A stretch of 64,000 nucleotides of DNA from an uncultured Candidatus Saccharibacteria bacterium (GTDB lineage: Bacteria > Patescibacteriota > UBA1384 > JACPKC01). Below, in pieces: positions 1 to 10,031 of this stretch. The DNA is taken from the NCBI GenBank assembly GCA_964423885.1, contig CAYRGD010000001.1, forward strand, positions 160,660 to 224,659. The letters run 5' to 3'. Every line of letters starts with the position of its first letter. Within the stretch, counting starts at the first letter, position 1. Made by a program: the position numbers and the translations under genes. The notes under the pieces were generated by a model, which worked only from the letters and a program-made list of their open reading frames with translations, was not told the DNA's origin and searched no databases.

Positions 1-299
1 CAGCCGATCCTTCCCGTCGCCGTAGCGAAGCTTTTTTGCTCCGGCTTGTGCAACAGGCTCGGCCGGTTCACTGCGACATAAGCGTGGATGGCGGAGTAGT
101 GCTGGGCGACCTGGGCGTTGAGATCCGCGATTTGCGCTTCGGCTTGGTCTTGCAGGGCTTGGATCTGGGTACGGAGCGCGGCGGCGATTGCCTTCTTGGT
201 TTCTGTACACCGGGCAAGCGCGGCGTGCCGTTGGGCCAGTTCTTCGGTTGACTGGATGGCGGTTTCGACCGCGACGAGTTCGACGAATTGTTTGCTCAC
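1..299 (-). CDS. Mu Gam-like host-nuclease inhibitor / DNA end-binding protein (5' part; runs off the window)
   Basis: Not in the ORF track. GTG at 299 follows GAGAGG. Translates as MSKQFVELVAVETAIQSTEELAQRHAALARCTETKKAIAAALRTQIQALQDQAEAQIADLNAQVAQHYSAIHAYVAVNRPSLLHKPEQKSFATATGRIG: a coiled coil, then a segment resembling Mu Gam 'WCEANRDEL..KSANLVTGDVSW'. Confidence 0.65.
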   Translation of the reverse strand, partial: MSKQFVELVAVETAIQSTEELAQRHAALARCTETKKAIAAALRTQIQALQDQAEAQIADLNAQVAQHYSAIHAYVAVNRPSLLHKPEQKSFATATGRIG

Positions 300-333
300 G
301 TGCGTATATTCCTCTCGATTTGTAAACTGAACC

Positions 334-365
334 GCGCTTCATTGCTGAAGCGCCAGGGCAGTATA
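334..365 (-). promoter_or_regulatory. -10 box (TATACT, 365-360) followed by a perfect 8-bp inverted repeat GCGCTTCA-N4-TGAAGCGC upstream of the gam-like gene
   Basis: Read directly from the sequence; function inferred. Confidence 0.45.
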
Positions 366-390
366 GCGGGTTTGGCAGGATCGAGCGAGG

Positions 391-891
391 TTAGCCGAAG
401 CGCAGCTGGGCTGCGGCGACACCGAACGCAACTGCGACGTTCAAGGATTCCTTCGTGCCGAGCATTGGGATCATGACGTGGTGGTCCGCGGCGGCAAGGG
501 CGTCGGTGCGGATGCCGTAGAGTTCGTGTCCGACCACGAGCGCGAGCTTGGCGGCCGTCGGGTGGAACTGCTGGATCGGTATGGCGTCGGGCGTCTGTTC
601 GAGTGCCACGATCTCGAAACCAGCCGCTTTCAGGTGTGCCGCGGCATCGGCGCCGAGCGTGACATGTGTCCAGCGCACGCTCTGTTCGGCACCAAGCGAG
701 GTTTTGGCGATGCGGGAGCGGGTCAGCTCGTCGGCCGGCGTGCCGGTCATGCCGCACAGATACAGGTGCTCGAAGCCGAACGCGTCGGCGGTGCGGAACA
801 TCGACCCGACGTTGTAGAGGCTGCGGACGTTGTCGAGGATGGCGGCGAGCTGCCGGTCAGTTCTGGGTGAGTTCGTCGAGCTTGCGGGCAA
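391..891 (-). CDS. TrmH/SpoU family RNA methyltransferase
   Basis: LDNVRSLYNVGSMFRTADAFG, VGHELYG and IPMLGTKESLNVAVA SPOUT motifs; start uncertain. Confidence 0.9.
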   Translation of the reverse strand: MPASSTNSPRTDRQLAAILDNVRSLYNVGSMFRTADAFGFEHLYLCGMTGTPADELTRSRIAKTSLGAEQSVRWTHVTLGADAAAHLKAAGFEIVALEQTPDAIPIQQFHPTAAKLALVVGHELYGIRTDALAAADHHVMIPMLGTKESLNVAVAFGVAAAQLRFG

Positions 892-2173
892 TGACGCTCT
901 CCACGTCTTCGAACGCGACCGTATCCTGCGTGCCGTCGAACATATTGCGGACGATGATCGTGCCGTCGATCGCCTCGCGTTCGCCGACGATCAAGGCTAA
1001 TTTCGCGCCCATCTTGTCGGCCGAGCGCAGCTGCGATTTCAAGCTTTCCTTGCCCAGGGCCATGCTGGCGGCCAGACCCTTTTTGCTCAAGCTCACCAGG
1101 AGCGGGATGGCTTTCTTTTTGGCGCGGTCGCCCAGTTGGATCACCAGGATTTCGGTACCGGCCATCGGCGCGACCTCAATCCCCCGTTCGATGAGCCGCT
1201 CGACCGTCCGTTCTATGCCCAATCCGAACCCGAACGCAGGGGTCTGGCCGCCGCCCAAGGTCTCGACGAGTTCGTCGTACCGCCCGCCGCCGCCTAGGAC
1301 CGACTGGCGGCCCGGGTCGTCTTTGTGCCGCAGCTCGAACGTGGTGCGGGTGTAGTAGTCGAGTCCGCGGACCAAGTACGGGTTGAGGTCGTACGGCACG
1401 CCGGCTTCGTCGAGATATTCGAGTACGAGCATGAAGTGCTTGCGGCAGTCGGCGCACAGGTTGTCAACCGTGGCCGGCGCGGCTTCTTTATACGGCTGGC
1501 ACTGCGCTTCTTTGCAGTCGAGCAACCGGAGCGGGTTGGTTTCGAACCGCTTGTTGCAATCGGCGCACAGGTGCGGCAGGAGCGGTTCGTAGTACGCCTT
1601 CAATGCCGAGCGGATCTGGCCGCGGCAGGCCTTGTCGCCGATCGAATTCAATTCGATCACCGATTCGTCGTCGAGTCCCAGGTCTTGGACGATCTGCCAC
1701 AAGGCGAGCAGGGTCATCGCGTCGGTGAGCGGCGTGTCGTCGCCGAAAACCTCGACGGTCAGCTGCGTGTGCTGGCGGTACCGGCCTTTTTGTGGCCGGT
1801 CGTAGCGGAAGTTTTGGACGAACGAATAGAGCTTGACCGGCTGCGACCAGGTACGCATGCCGTGTTCGATGTAGGCGCGGACGATACCGGCCGTGCCTTC
1901 GGGCCGCAACACAAGTTCTCGGTCGGCGGATTCGTCGCCCTCGCCGCGGTTGCCGATCCGGCCGGCTGCAAAGAGTTCCTTCTGGACGATGTCGGTGTCC
2001 TGGCCGGTACCACGCAGGTAGAGTTCTTTCGATTCGACGACCGGCGTGTCGATCGGTTGGAAACCGAAGCTCTGGAGCCGCGTCTGGGCGACCGACCGCA
2101 GTCGGGACCAGTACGCCTGCTCTTCGGGTAAGACGTCGCGCATGCCCCGTGCGAGCGAGATCGGTTTCTCCAT
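857..2173 (-). CDS. hisS: Histidine--tRNA ligase
   Basis: RGMRD, LRPEGTAG, FRYDRPQKGRYRQ, LVRGLDYY and GGGRYD motifs; ATG 2173 with AAGGAG SD. Confidence 0.97.
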   Translation of the reverse strand: MEKPISLARGMRDVLPEEQAYWSRLRSVAQTRLQSFGFQPIDTPVVESKELYLRGTGQDTDIVQKELFAAGRIGNRGEGDESADRELVLRPEGTAGIVRAYIEHGMRTWSQPVKLYSFVQNFRYDRPQKGRYRQHTQLTVEVFGDDTPLTDAMTLLALWQIVQDLGLDDESVIELNSIGDKACRGQIRSALKAYYEPLLPHLCADCNKRFETNPLRLLDCKEAQCQPYKEAAPATVDNLCADCRKHFMLVLEYLDEAGVPYDLNPYLVRGLDYYTRTTFELRHKDDPGRQSVLGGGGRYDELVETLGGGQTPAFGFGLGIERTVERLIERGIEVAPMAGTEILVIQLGDRAKKKAIPLLVSLSKKGLAASMALGKESLKSQLRSADKMGAKLALIVGEREAIDGTIIVRNMFDGTQDTVAFEDVESVIARKLDELTQN

Positions 2174-2195
2174 GGCACTCCTTGTCACAGGGGGC

Positions 2196-2204
2196 AGTAT
2201 AGCA
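2196..2204 (-). promoter_or_regulatory. Extended -10 promoter (TGcTATACT) for hisS
   Basis: TGn-TATACT in the intergenic gap upstream of the SD. Confidence 0.55.
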
Positions 2205-2229
2205 CGCGTTCCCCAGGGGAACAAATCTG

Positions 2230-3750
2230 TCAGCCGCCGATGTGGAACCAGGCTTTGATGTGCGAGCGGGCCTTCTGGGTTTTGGCGAACCGGAGCCAGT
2301 CGCGTTTGGGACCTTTCGGGTGTTTGCCGCGGACGATTTCGACGATGTCGCCGTTCCCAAGCGGTGTCGAGAGCGCGGTCAATTTCCCGTTGACGGTCGC
2401 GCCCTGCAGACTTTCGGCGACTTCGGAATGGATCGCGTAGGCGAAGTCGACCGGCGTACTGTCGGCCGGCAAGGTGACCACCTCGCCCCGTGGCGTAAAC
2501 ACGAAAATCTGGTCGGTGAAAAAGTCGAGCCGGAGCGCCTCGCGCAGTTCGTCGGGCTTCGTGAGCGATTCCTGCCAGCGCTGCAGGTCGGCCAGCCAGT
2601 CAAGACGGGCTTCGGTGATTTCTTCGGGCGAGCCGGCCGTATCCGCGCGGTGCTTGCGTTCGTTGTACGACCAGTGGGCGGCCACGCCGCGTTCGGCCTG
2701 TTCATGCATCTCGGGCGTCCGGATCTGGATCTCGACGATCTCGCCGTCGAGCCCGAAGACGGTGGTGTGGAGCGACCGGTAGCCGTTCGGTTTCGGGGTG
2801 GCGATGTAATCCTTGATCCGGCCGATGAGCGGGTTCCAGCGGCTATGGATGAGGCCCAAAGTGCGGTAGCAGTCGCTCGCGGTCGGGACGATGATCCGGA
2901 TCGCGACCAGGTCGTAGATCTTACTTAAGTCGCCTTGGTACCGCTGGAGTTTCCGCCAGAGGCTGTACATGTGCTTGACCCGGCCATGGACGTCGGCCGC
3001 GCGGATGCCCTCGGCTTCCAAGCTCGCTTGCAGCACCCGCGAGAAGCGGCGGATGTAGCGTTCCCGTTCGGCGACGCGTGCCTCGACGAGCGCCTGCAGT
3101 TGGACGTGCTCTTTGGCGTAGACGTACGGGAACGCCAGGTCTTCGAGGTCGCCTTTCACCTGGCCCATGCCGAGCCGGTACGCGATCGGGGCGTAGATCT
3201 CGAGCGTTTCCTGGGCGATCCGCGTCCGTTTGTCCGGCCGGAACGAGTCGAGCGTCTGCATGTTATGGAGCCGGTCGCCGAGCTTGATAAGCACGACGCG
3301 GATATCGGCAGCCATGGCGAGCAGCATCTTGCGGAGCGACTCCACCTGGCGTTCGAACGCCAGGCGCTTGTCGTCGTTGCGGCCAAGGAGCCGGGACACG
3401 AACGACGCCGGCTGGAGCTGTACTTTGGCGAGCTTAGTAACGCCGGCGACCAGATTTGCCACGTCGGAGCCGAATTCCTTGGCGAGTTGGTCGACCGTGA
3501 CGCCGGTATCTTCAGGAATGTCATGGAGTATGCCGGCGGCCAAGGTGGCGGCGTCGAGATGGAGCTTGGCTAGGAAGACGGCCACGGACAGCGGGTGGGT
3601 CAGATAGGCTTCGCCGCTCTGGCGCACGGCCCCGGCGTGGTGTTTAGCGGCGAATCCGATCGCCCGTTCGACCAGCCGCCAATCGGCGGCGCGCAGGTAT
3701 GGCTGGGCGAGCTCTTTAAGCCGCCGTTCGAGTACGTGTTCGGGTGCCAT
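2230..3750 (-). CDS. rel: RelA/SpoT family (p)ppGpp synthetase/hydrolase (HD-SYNTH-TGS, no ACT)
   Basis: RQSGEAYLTHP, LHDIPED, DRLHNM, KDYIATPKPNGYRSLHT, EIQIRT and TGS motif TPVDFAYAIHS. Confidence 0.95.
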   Translation of the reverse strand: MAPEHVLERRLKELAQPYLRAADWRLVERAIGFAAKHHAGAVRQSGEAYLTHPLSVAVFLAKLHLDAATLAAGILHDIPEDTGVTVDQLAKEFGSDVANLVAGVTKLAKVQLQPASFVSRLLGRNDDKRLAFERQVESLRKMLLAMAADIRVVLIKLGDRLHNMQTLDSFRPDKRTRIAQETLEIYAPIAYRLGMGQVKGDLEDLAFPYVYAKEHVQLQALVEARVAERERYIRRFSRVLQASLEAEGIRAADVHGRVKHMYSLWRKLQRYQGDLSKIYDLVAIRIIVPTASDCYRTLGLIHSRWNPLIGRIKDYIATPKPNGYRSLHTTVFGLDGEIVEIQIRTPEMHEQAERGVAAHWSYNERKHRADTAGSPEEITEARLDWLADLQRWQESLTKPDELREALRLDFFTDQIFVFTPRGEVVTLPADSTPVDFAYAIHSEVAESLQGATVNGKLTALSTPLGNGDIVEIVRGKHPKGPKRDWLRFAKTQKARSHIKAWFHIGG

Positions 3751-6293
3751 GGCGGTTCGGACGCGGCGGAACGGACGGACGGACAGGCGTTACCTTGATG
3801 GTGCCGTGTACCGCGGCGACGGTGAGCGGTTGCGGCCGGGCCGATCGGAGTACGGCATCGGCGAGCTTGGCGCCCGCTTCGCGTTCGACCAGACGCCGGA
3901 TGTCGCGTGCGCCGGCCTTCGACCGTCCGACCATGCCGGCCAGGTGCTGTACTGCCGAGTCGTCGATGTGGACGGTGACGCCTTCTTGCGCTCCTTGTGC
4001 AACCAGGCGGCCAAGCTCAAGCCCTACGATCGTGGCAAGGGCATCGGGCGTGAGCGGCCGGAATGGCACGACCGCGTCGAGCCGGCCCAAGAATTCGGGC
4101 TGGAAGCGCTCGCGCAGGAGCGCATCGATCTTCGCGTCGATCGCGGCGGTCGATTGCCCGGTCGCGAAGCCGATCCCACCTTGTTCTTGCCATAGCTGTC
4201 CGCCGATGTTGCTCGTGAGTACGATGAGCGTGTCGTGGAAATGGACCGTGCGGCCCGTGCCGTCGGTCAGACGGCCGTCTTCCATGAGCTGGAGCAGGAC
4301 ATGGAAGACGTCGGGGTGTGCCTTTTCGATTTCGTCGAACAGCAGCACCTGGTGCGGCCGTCGCCGGACCGCTTCGAGTACCTTGCTCGGTTCATTGTAG
4401 CCGACGTACCCCGGCGGCGCGCCCAGTAAGCGGGCCACTTGGTGCCGTTCCATGAATTCGCTCATGTCGAGCTTGGTGAGCGCCGCGGGCGACCCGAAGA
4501 CCGTGTCGGCAAGCACGCGGGCCGTTTCGGTTTTACCGACCCCGGTCGGCCCGACGAACAGCAGGACGCCGAGCGGCCGGTTCGGGTGTTTGAAGCCGCT
4601 CTTCGCCTGACGGATGATCCGTGCTACGGTGCCGACCGCTTGCGGCTGCCCGATAATCGCGGCGCCCAGCGTGTCGTCGAGCTTCAGCAGGCTGCGGCGG
4701 TGCATGACCGACAGCTTCGCGGCCGGAATGCCGGTCCACCGGCTCACGATCGCGCGCAGGTGGTCGCCGGTGAGCGTTTGGTCGTACTGCCGCTTCGCGG
4801 GTTGGGTCTCGCGCCGGTCGCGCAGTTTCTTGATCGCAAGTTGGAGTTTGGCCGCTTCGTCGCGCAGGTAGGCGGCCCGTTCGAAGTGCTCTTGCCGCGT
4901 CTCGTATTCCTTCTGGTTCAAGAGCGCTTTGAGCTCGCGTTCGAGCGCCGGTACCGAGGGATGCGCGTGTTGCAGGCTTCCGGGCTGCCCGGAGCGAGGC
5001 GGCAGCTTCGTCGACCAGATCGATCGCCTTGTCGGGAAAGTGGCGGTCGTGCAGGTACCGTTCGGCCAGCCGCACGGCGTCTTCGACCGTCTCGTCGGGA
5101 ATCGACAGTTCGTGGAACTGCTCGTACCGGTCGCGGATGCCCAGGAGGATCTCTGTTGTCTCGGTGGCGCTCGGCTCTTGGACGACTACTGGCTGGAAGC
5201 GGCGTTCGAGCGCAGCGTCTCGTTCGATATGTTTCTTGTACTCGGCGGTCGTCGTCGCGCCGATGACGCGCTGCGTGCCCTTGGCAAGCAGCGGCTTCAG
5301 GATATTGGCCGCGTCGAGGCCGCCCTCGGCCCCGCCCGCGCCGATCAAGGTATGGATCTCGTCGATGAACAGGATTACGTGCTCCACAGCTTCGAGTTCG
5401 GCGATCATGCGGCGGAGCCGTTCTTCGAATTGGCCCCGGTACATCGTACCGGCGACCAGTGTGCTGAGTTCGAGACTGACCAGGCGTGTATCGGCAAGGT
5501 ACGGCGGGACGGTGCCGGCGACGATCGCGGCGGCCAGGCCTTCCACGATCGCGGTTTTCCCGGTGCCCGGTTCGCCGATCAGGATCGGGTTGTTCTTCGT
5601 TTTCCGTCCGAGGATATGGGTCAGGCGCATGAGCTCGTCGGCCCGGCCGATGAGCGGTTCCAATTGATGGTCGGCCGCGAGCGCGGTCAGATCGGTAGTC
5701 AGCTCGTCGAGCATCGGCGTGGCACTCTCTTCGCCATCGTCATCGTCCGTTTCGTCGGTGTCGTCGTGCTGGGCCGGCGGACGGTTGCTGATCGGCTGTC
5801 CGCCGATCACGCCCAATATCTCGATCTCGTGGCTACCCACCTGCTCGACGCCCTCTTCGTAGAGTGACCGTTCGAGCATTCGGCGGACCGTCTTTGGTTC
5901 CAGGCCGAGTTGGTGGAGGACGTGATGGCCGCGGCTGTCGGTGTCCGTGGTCAGGGCCCATAGGATATGTTCGGGCCCGATCCGCTCCGACCCGACGGTC
6001 GCTGCCTGGAGCGCTGCCCGTTCGAGTACGGCCTTCGCCTCGGCGGTCATCGTGCCCTTGGGTTGCGGTTTCGACGGATGGGCATGTAACACCAGCCGGA
6101 TCTGGTCGAGCGTGACCGGCAGTTTCCGCAGCACCGAGTAGGCGGCCGATCCGGGTGTGACCGCGAGCGCGATCAGTAAGTGCTCGGATCCCAATCCGGC
6201 GTCGAGCGTTTCGGCGTAGCGTTGGGCGGCAACCAAAATCGCCCGCGCCTCGCGCGAGAACTTGGCAAAGCTGTCGAGCGGCATGTCGCTCAT
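3716..6293 (-). pseudogene. clpC: ClpC-type Clp ATPase split by a +1 frameshift near 4950-4995 (or a sequencing indel)
   Basis: ORF 4533-6293 carries Clp-N and AAA1 (GEPGTGKT, IDEIH, PDKAIDLVDEA), then nonsense sequence. The adjacent frame carries the UVR coiled coil (PALERELKALLNQKE..FERAAYLRD) and AAA2 ([18 protein letters not shown]). Confidence 0.85.
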
Positions 6294-6303
6294 GGGCGGT
6301 CGG

Positions 6304-7509
6304 TTACTCCTGCGCTTGGTCGGGTTCCTCGGGCATCGGTTCGACGTCCGTGGATTCAGTGGTTGCGGTATCAGCCGGCTCTTCTGGCGCGGCAGTCTCG
6401 TCGGCCTCGTCCGTCGGTTCGGTTTCCGCCTCGGCGTCAGCGCTTTCGGCGGCGGCGGGCACGAGCTCGTCCTTCACGATATCCAGGTTCCAGCCGGTGA
6501 GCTTGCTTGCGAGCCGGACGTTCTGGCCGCTCCGGCCGATAGCGAGCGACACTTGGTCGTCGGGGACGCGGATCTTGGCCGTCCTGGTGGCATCATCGAG
6601 CGTGATCGAATCGACCTTGGCCGGCGACAGCGCGTTGGCGATGAGCTGCATCGGGTCTTCGTTCCACAGGATGATGTCGATTTTTTCTTCGGTCAGCTCC
6701 GACAACACGGCCTGGACGCGGATGCCGCGCTGGCCGACGCACGAGCCGACCGGATCGAGGCCGTCCTGATGGGCCATAACGGCGATCTTGGTGCGCGAGC
6801 CCGGTTCGCGGGCGATCGCCTCGATCGTGACCGTGCCGCTCTGGATTTCCGGCACTTCCTGGGTGAACAGGCCGCGGATCACGTCCGGGTGTGTGCGGGA
6901 GACAAGTACCTTCGGGCCGCGGTTCGTTTCTTCGACCCCTCGGACGAAGAACTTCAGCCGCTGGCCGGTGTAGTAGCGCTCGTTCGGCACCTGGTCGTGC
7001 GGGAGCATGACCGCGTTCATCCGGCCGATGTTGATGATGACGTCCTTGCCTTCGATCTGCTGGACTGTACCGCTCACGATCTGCCCTTCTTTGTCCTTGA
7101 ATTCCTGGTAGAGCATCGTGCGCTCGGCTTCGGCGATCCGTTGGATGATCACCTGCTTGGCGGTCTGCGCGGCGATCCGGCCGAACTCGGCGTGTTCGGG
7201 CAGTGGAATGACGACCTCGCCACCGATCTCCGCCTTCTTGTCGAGCTTCTTGGCCTCGGTTTCGGTGAGCTGACGTTCCGGTTCCTCGATTTCGGCGTCG
7301 TCCGCGACCACGTCGTAGACTTGGAACATCTTGGTCTTTGTCAGGTCGTCGGCATCAAGGGTCGCCCGAATAACCTGGCCGGCCTTGCCATAGTCTTTGC
7401 GGTAGGCGGCGGCCAGCGCGGCCTCGACCGTTTGGACGATAACCTCGACCGGGAGCCCGCGCTCCTCGGACAGTTGTTCGAGCGCTGCCATGAAGGGTGA
7501 TGATGCCAT
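6304..7509 (-). CDS. nusA: Transcription factor NusA
   Basis: FGRIAAQTAKQVI, AREPGSRTKIAV, GSCVGQRG, AIGRSGQNVRLA; acidic tail. Confidence 0.97.
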   Translation of the reverse strand: MASSPFMAALEQLSEERGLPVEVIVQTVEAALAAAYRKDYGKAGQVIRATLDADDLTKTKMFQVYDVVADDAEIEEPERQLTETEAKKLDKKAEIGGEVVIPLPEHAEFGRIAAQTAKQVIIQRIAEAERTMLYQEFKDKEGQIVSGTVQQIEGKDVIINIGRMNAVMLPHDQVPNERYYTGQRLKFFVRGVEETNRGPKVLVSRTHPDVIRGLFTQEVPEIQSGTVTIEAIAREPGSRTKIAVMAHQDGLDPVGSCVGQRGIRVQAVLSELTEEKIDIILWNEDPMQLIANALSPAKVDSITLDDATRTAKIRVPDDQVSLAIGRSGQNVRLASKLTGWNLDIVKDELVPAAAESADAEAETEPTDEADETAAPEEPADTATTESTDVEPMPEEPDQAQE

Positions 7510-7623
7510 AGGGGTTCCTTTGTTCCTTTTATAGCCGATGCGGCCGGTTCTGTCGACAAAAAACCAGCCAACGGAGCGTTGTCTGGTGTACGCCTCGTAT
7601 CCTACTACGAATGCCGGTTACGG

Positions 7624-8376
7624 TCAATCAAGCGAGGCGCGGATCACAGCCAGGGGGAAGGCTATGGTCGCGGTCGCGATCCTGCGGAACCGCCACGGCT
7701 GCGTCAGGAGTCGCCAGAGCCATTCGAGCCCCAGGCGTCGCATGAGAACCGGTGCCCGGTGCGCCCGGCCGGTCACGAAGTTGAACGACCCTCCGACGCC
7801 CATCATGACCGGCACGCCGAGTGCGGTGCGATGTCGGGCGATAAACACGTCCTGCTTCGGGGCGCCGAATGCGACGAAGAGCACGTCCGGTTTGGCGGCG
7901 CGGATGCGTGCGATGAGCGCCCGTGTCTCAGTGTCAGTGACGCGAGCGTCTTTCTCGAAGCCCTCCTCGGCGCCGGCCACCTGCAAGCCTGGATACCGCT
8001 CGGTAAGCACGTGGGCCGTTTCCGCGGCCACGCCGGCTGTTTCTCCAAGGAAGTACACCCGCCAACCTAGGCGGGCCGCAGCGGCGCAGATATGTTCGAG
8101 CAGATCGATGCCAGGAACGGTCTCGGGGATCGGCGTACCGCGGACGAGTGCGGCCAAGCGGATACCGGTACCGTCGGCGATGTTGAGCGCCGTGGTGCGG
8201 AGCGCTTCGGCAAACTCGGGGTTCCGGCCCGCTTCCATCACGAACTCGGGATTGACGGTGGCGATCTGGTGCGGCTGGCCACTCACGACGAATTCCTTGA
8301 TCCGGGCAAGCACGGCGTCGCCTGTCATGACGTCGATCGGGACCGACAGGATGTCGATCCGCCGCGCGGCTACCAT
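7624..8376 (-). CDS. WecB/TagA/CpsF family glycosyltransferase
   Basis: TVNPEF, ADGTG, FGAPKQD, GVGGSF and GLEWLWRL motifs; start moved to ATG 8376. Confidence 0.93.
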   Translation of the reverse strand: MVAARRIDILSVPIDVMTGDAVLARIKEFVVSGQPHQIATVNPEFVMEAGRNPEFAEALRTTALNIADGTGIRLAALVRGTPIPETVPGIDLLEHICAAAARLGWRVYFLGETAGVAAETAHVLTERYPGLQVAGAEEGFEKDARVTDTETRALIARIRAAKPDVLFVAFGAPKQDVFIARHRTALGVPVMMGVGGSFNFVTGRAHRAPVLMRRLGLEWLWRLLTQPWRFRRIATATIAFPLAVIRASLD

Positions 8377-10031
8377 GATCCCCCGCCGCCTCCGCCGAAG
8401 CCTCCTCCACTTCCGCCCCCGGAGAACCCGCTGCCGCCCGAGCTTGCGGTCGTGACGCCTGACAGGCTGCTCGTCAGGTTGCCGCCCAAGCCGTTGGCAA
8501 AATGAACGGCCGACCAGTGGGTGCCGTAGTAGCCGCTGTACCAGCGCGGCGCCGCGGTCGCGATGTCTTTGAACGCCTTGGCCCACAGGCCGGCCACGCC
8601 GAAGGCGATCGCGTAAGGCAGGTACCGCTCGAACAGACGCTCTTTCTCGGCGAACGCCATTCGGTACCGTTCGGCGGTCTTGAGGTACAGCTCGAACCCT
8701 TGGATCTGCTCCTTCTTGTCGACGCCGGTCTTCGTCCGCTTCGGCATGAACGGCGCGGCGGCCGCGATGAGCAGGCCGCTCACCGCTCCGCCGATGGCGC
8801 CGGCGGTACCGATGGCTGATCCGAGTACGACCGACGCGGCAACAACCGCGATACCGGCGATGAAGTACAGGAGACGGACCGTATCCGGGTTCGTCACGAT
8901 ATAGCGCGCATCAAGTAACTGGCGGATCGCTTCCGAACGGATTGCCGTCTTGGCGACGACGAGCTGGGTGTCTTGCTTCAGGTCAGCCAGGCGGACGGTG
9001 TCGCCGGTGCGGAACAGCGCGGCGAATAGCCCTGTTTCCGCCGGACTCCCCTGCTTGGGCGGCGACAATTTCGTGAGTTCGAACGCGTTGTGTTTCGGTT
9101 CGCTGATCGTGAGGTGCCCGCCGACCGCCCAGCCAATAATGAGCGCCGTGAGCGTCCGGTCGTCCATCGATTCGGTGCGGAGCATGGCCATGGCCGGGAT
9201 CGTCAGATCTTTGGGTGGGGCGAATTCCGGCACGATCGTGCCCCGGCCACGCGGATCCTTGCCGCCCCGCGCAAATTGCCACAGCAGGAATGCTGCGACC
9301 AGGAACGGCAGGCCCAGCGGCCAATTATCGGTCAGGAACCAACGGAGTTTCGTAGCCGTGCCCGGCAGGGTGACGATACCCAGCGGCCAGCTGGCCACGA
9401 TCGTCAAGCCTTCGGTCGCCGCAAGCTGCCGGGCAGCTTCAAACCGGTACCCGCGTTCCGGCGAGAACGACGATTCCGCTTGGGCCGTACTGCCGAGGGG
9501 TCCCATGTACGCCACCTGGCGGACAGCATCCGGATCCGCGATACCCGGGAGCGTTACGGCCGCCGTGGCGCGGTCGATCGACGTGTCCCATCCGTTACCG
9601 GTAACGTTCCAGTAGAGCTCGACCGCATCGCCTACCTGGTTGAGCGCATTGTCGACGCGGTAGCGGATCGTATACGTATGCATGCCAGTCACGAGCGTAT
9701 CCGCGTCGCCGATCTTGACGGTGATACCGGACAGTGACCGGGATACCGCGAACGTATCCCCTGCGACGTCAATCCCGGAAATCCGAATGCTGCGTGTCAG
9801 GCCGTGGCTATCCGGGAACCTCGTGGGGATCGTCCGTATGATGCCGTGGCGCTGGTTCGTGCCGAAATCGACCGCGATCGCCTCGCGCACGTCGAAACTG
9901 CCGTCGGCGTTCACGCTGACCGTGTCGGCGAAATCCTGGACAGTAAACGCCTCGACGGCGGCTGCAGGCGGCGCGTATCCTACAAGCAGGCCGATAACGC
10001 CGAGGGCAGCAAGAAATCTACTGGTGATCAA
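8370..10031 (-). CDS. DUF2207-family membrane protein
   Basis: Signal peptide, ELYWNVTG, TM segments, LPYAIAFG and the Gly-rich C-terminus GGGFGGGGGGSW. Confidence 0.85.
   Translation of the reverse strand: MITSRFLAALGVIGLLVGYAPPAAAVEAFTVQDFADTVSVNADGSFDVREAIAVDFGTNQRHGIIRTIPTRFPDSHGLTRSIRISGIDVAGDTFAVSRSLSGITVKIGDADTLVTGMHTYTIRYRVDNALNQVGDAVELYWNVTGNGWDTSIDRATAAVTLPGIADPDAVRQVAYMGPLGSTAQAESSFSPERGYRFEAARQLAATEGLTIVASWPLGIVTLPGTATKLRWFLTDNWPLGLPFLVAAFLLWQFARGGKDPRGRGTIVPEFAPPKDLTIPAMAMLRTESMDDRTLTALIIGWAVGGHLTISEPKHNAFELTKLSPPKQGSPAETGLFAALFRTGDTVRLADLKQDTQLVVAKTAIRSEAIRQLLDARYIVTNPDTVRLLYFIAGIAVVAASVVLGSAIGTAGAIGGAVSGLLIAAAAPFMPKRTKTGVDKKEQIQGFELYLKTAERYRMAFAEKERLFERYLPYAIAFGVAGLWAKAFKDIATAAPRWYSGYYGTHWSAVHFANGLGGNLTSSLSGVTTASSGGSGFSGGGSGGGFGGGGGGSW

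Noticed and set aside
4915-5000. Programmed ribosomal frameshift in clpC
   Set aside because: No slippery heptamer, no CTT-TGA-type site and no nearby in-frame stop; a simple indel is more parsimonious
7510-7623. Attenuator in the nusA leader
   Set aside because: A G-U-rich hairpin can be drawn, but no U-tract follows it and there is no other support
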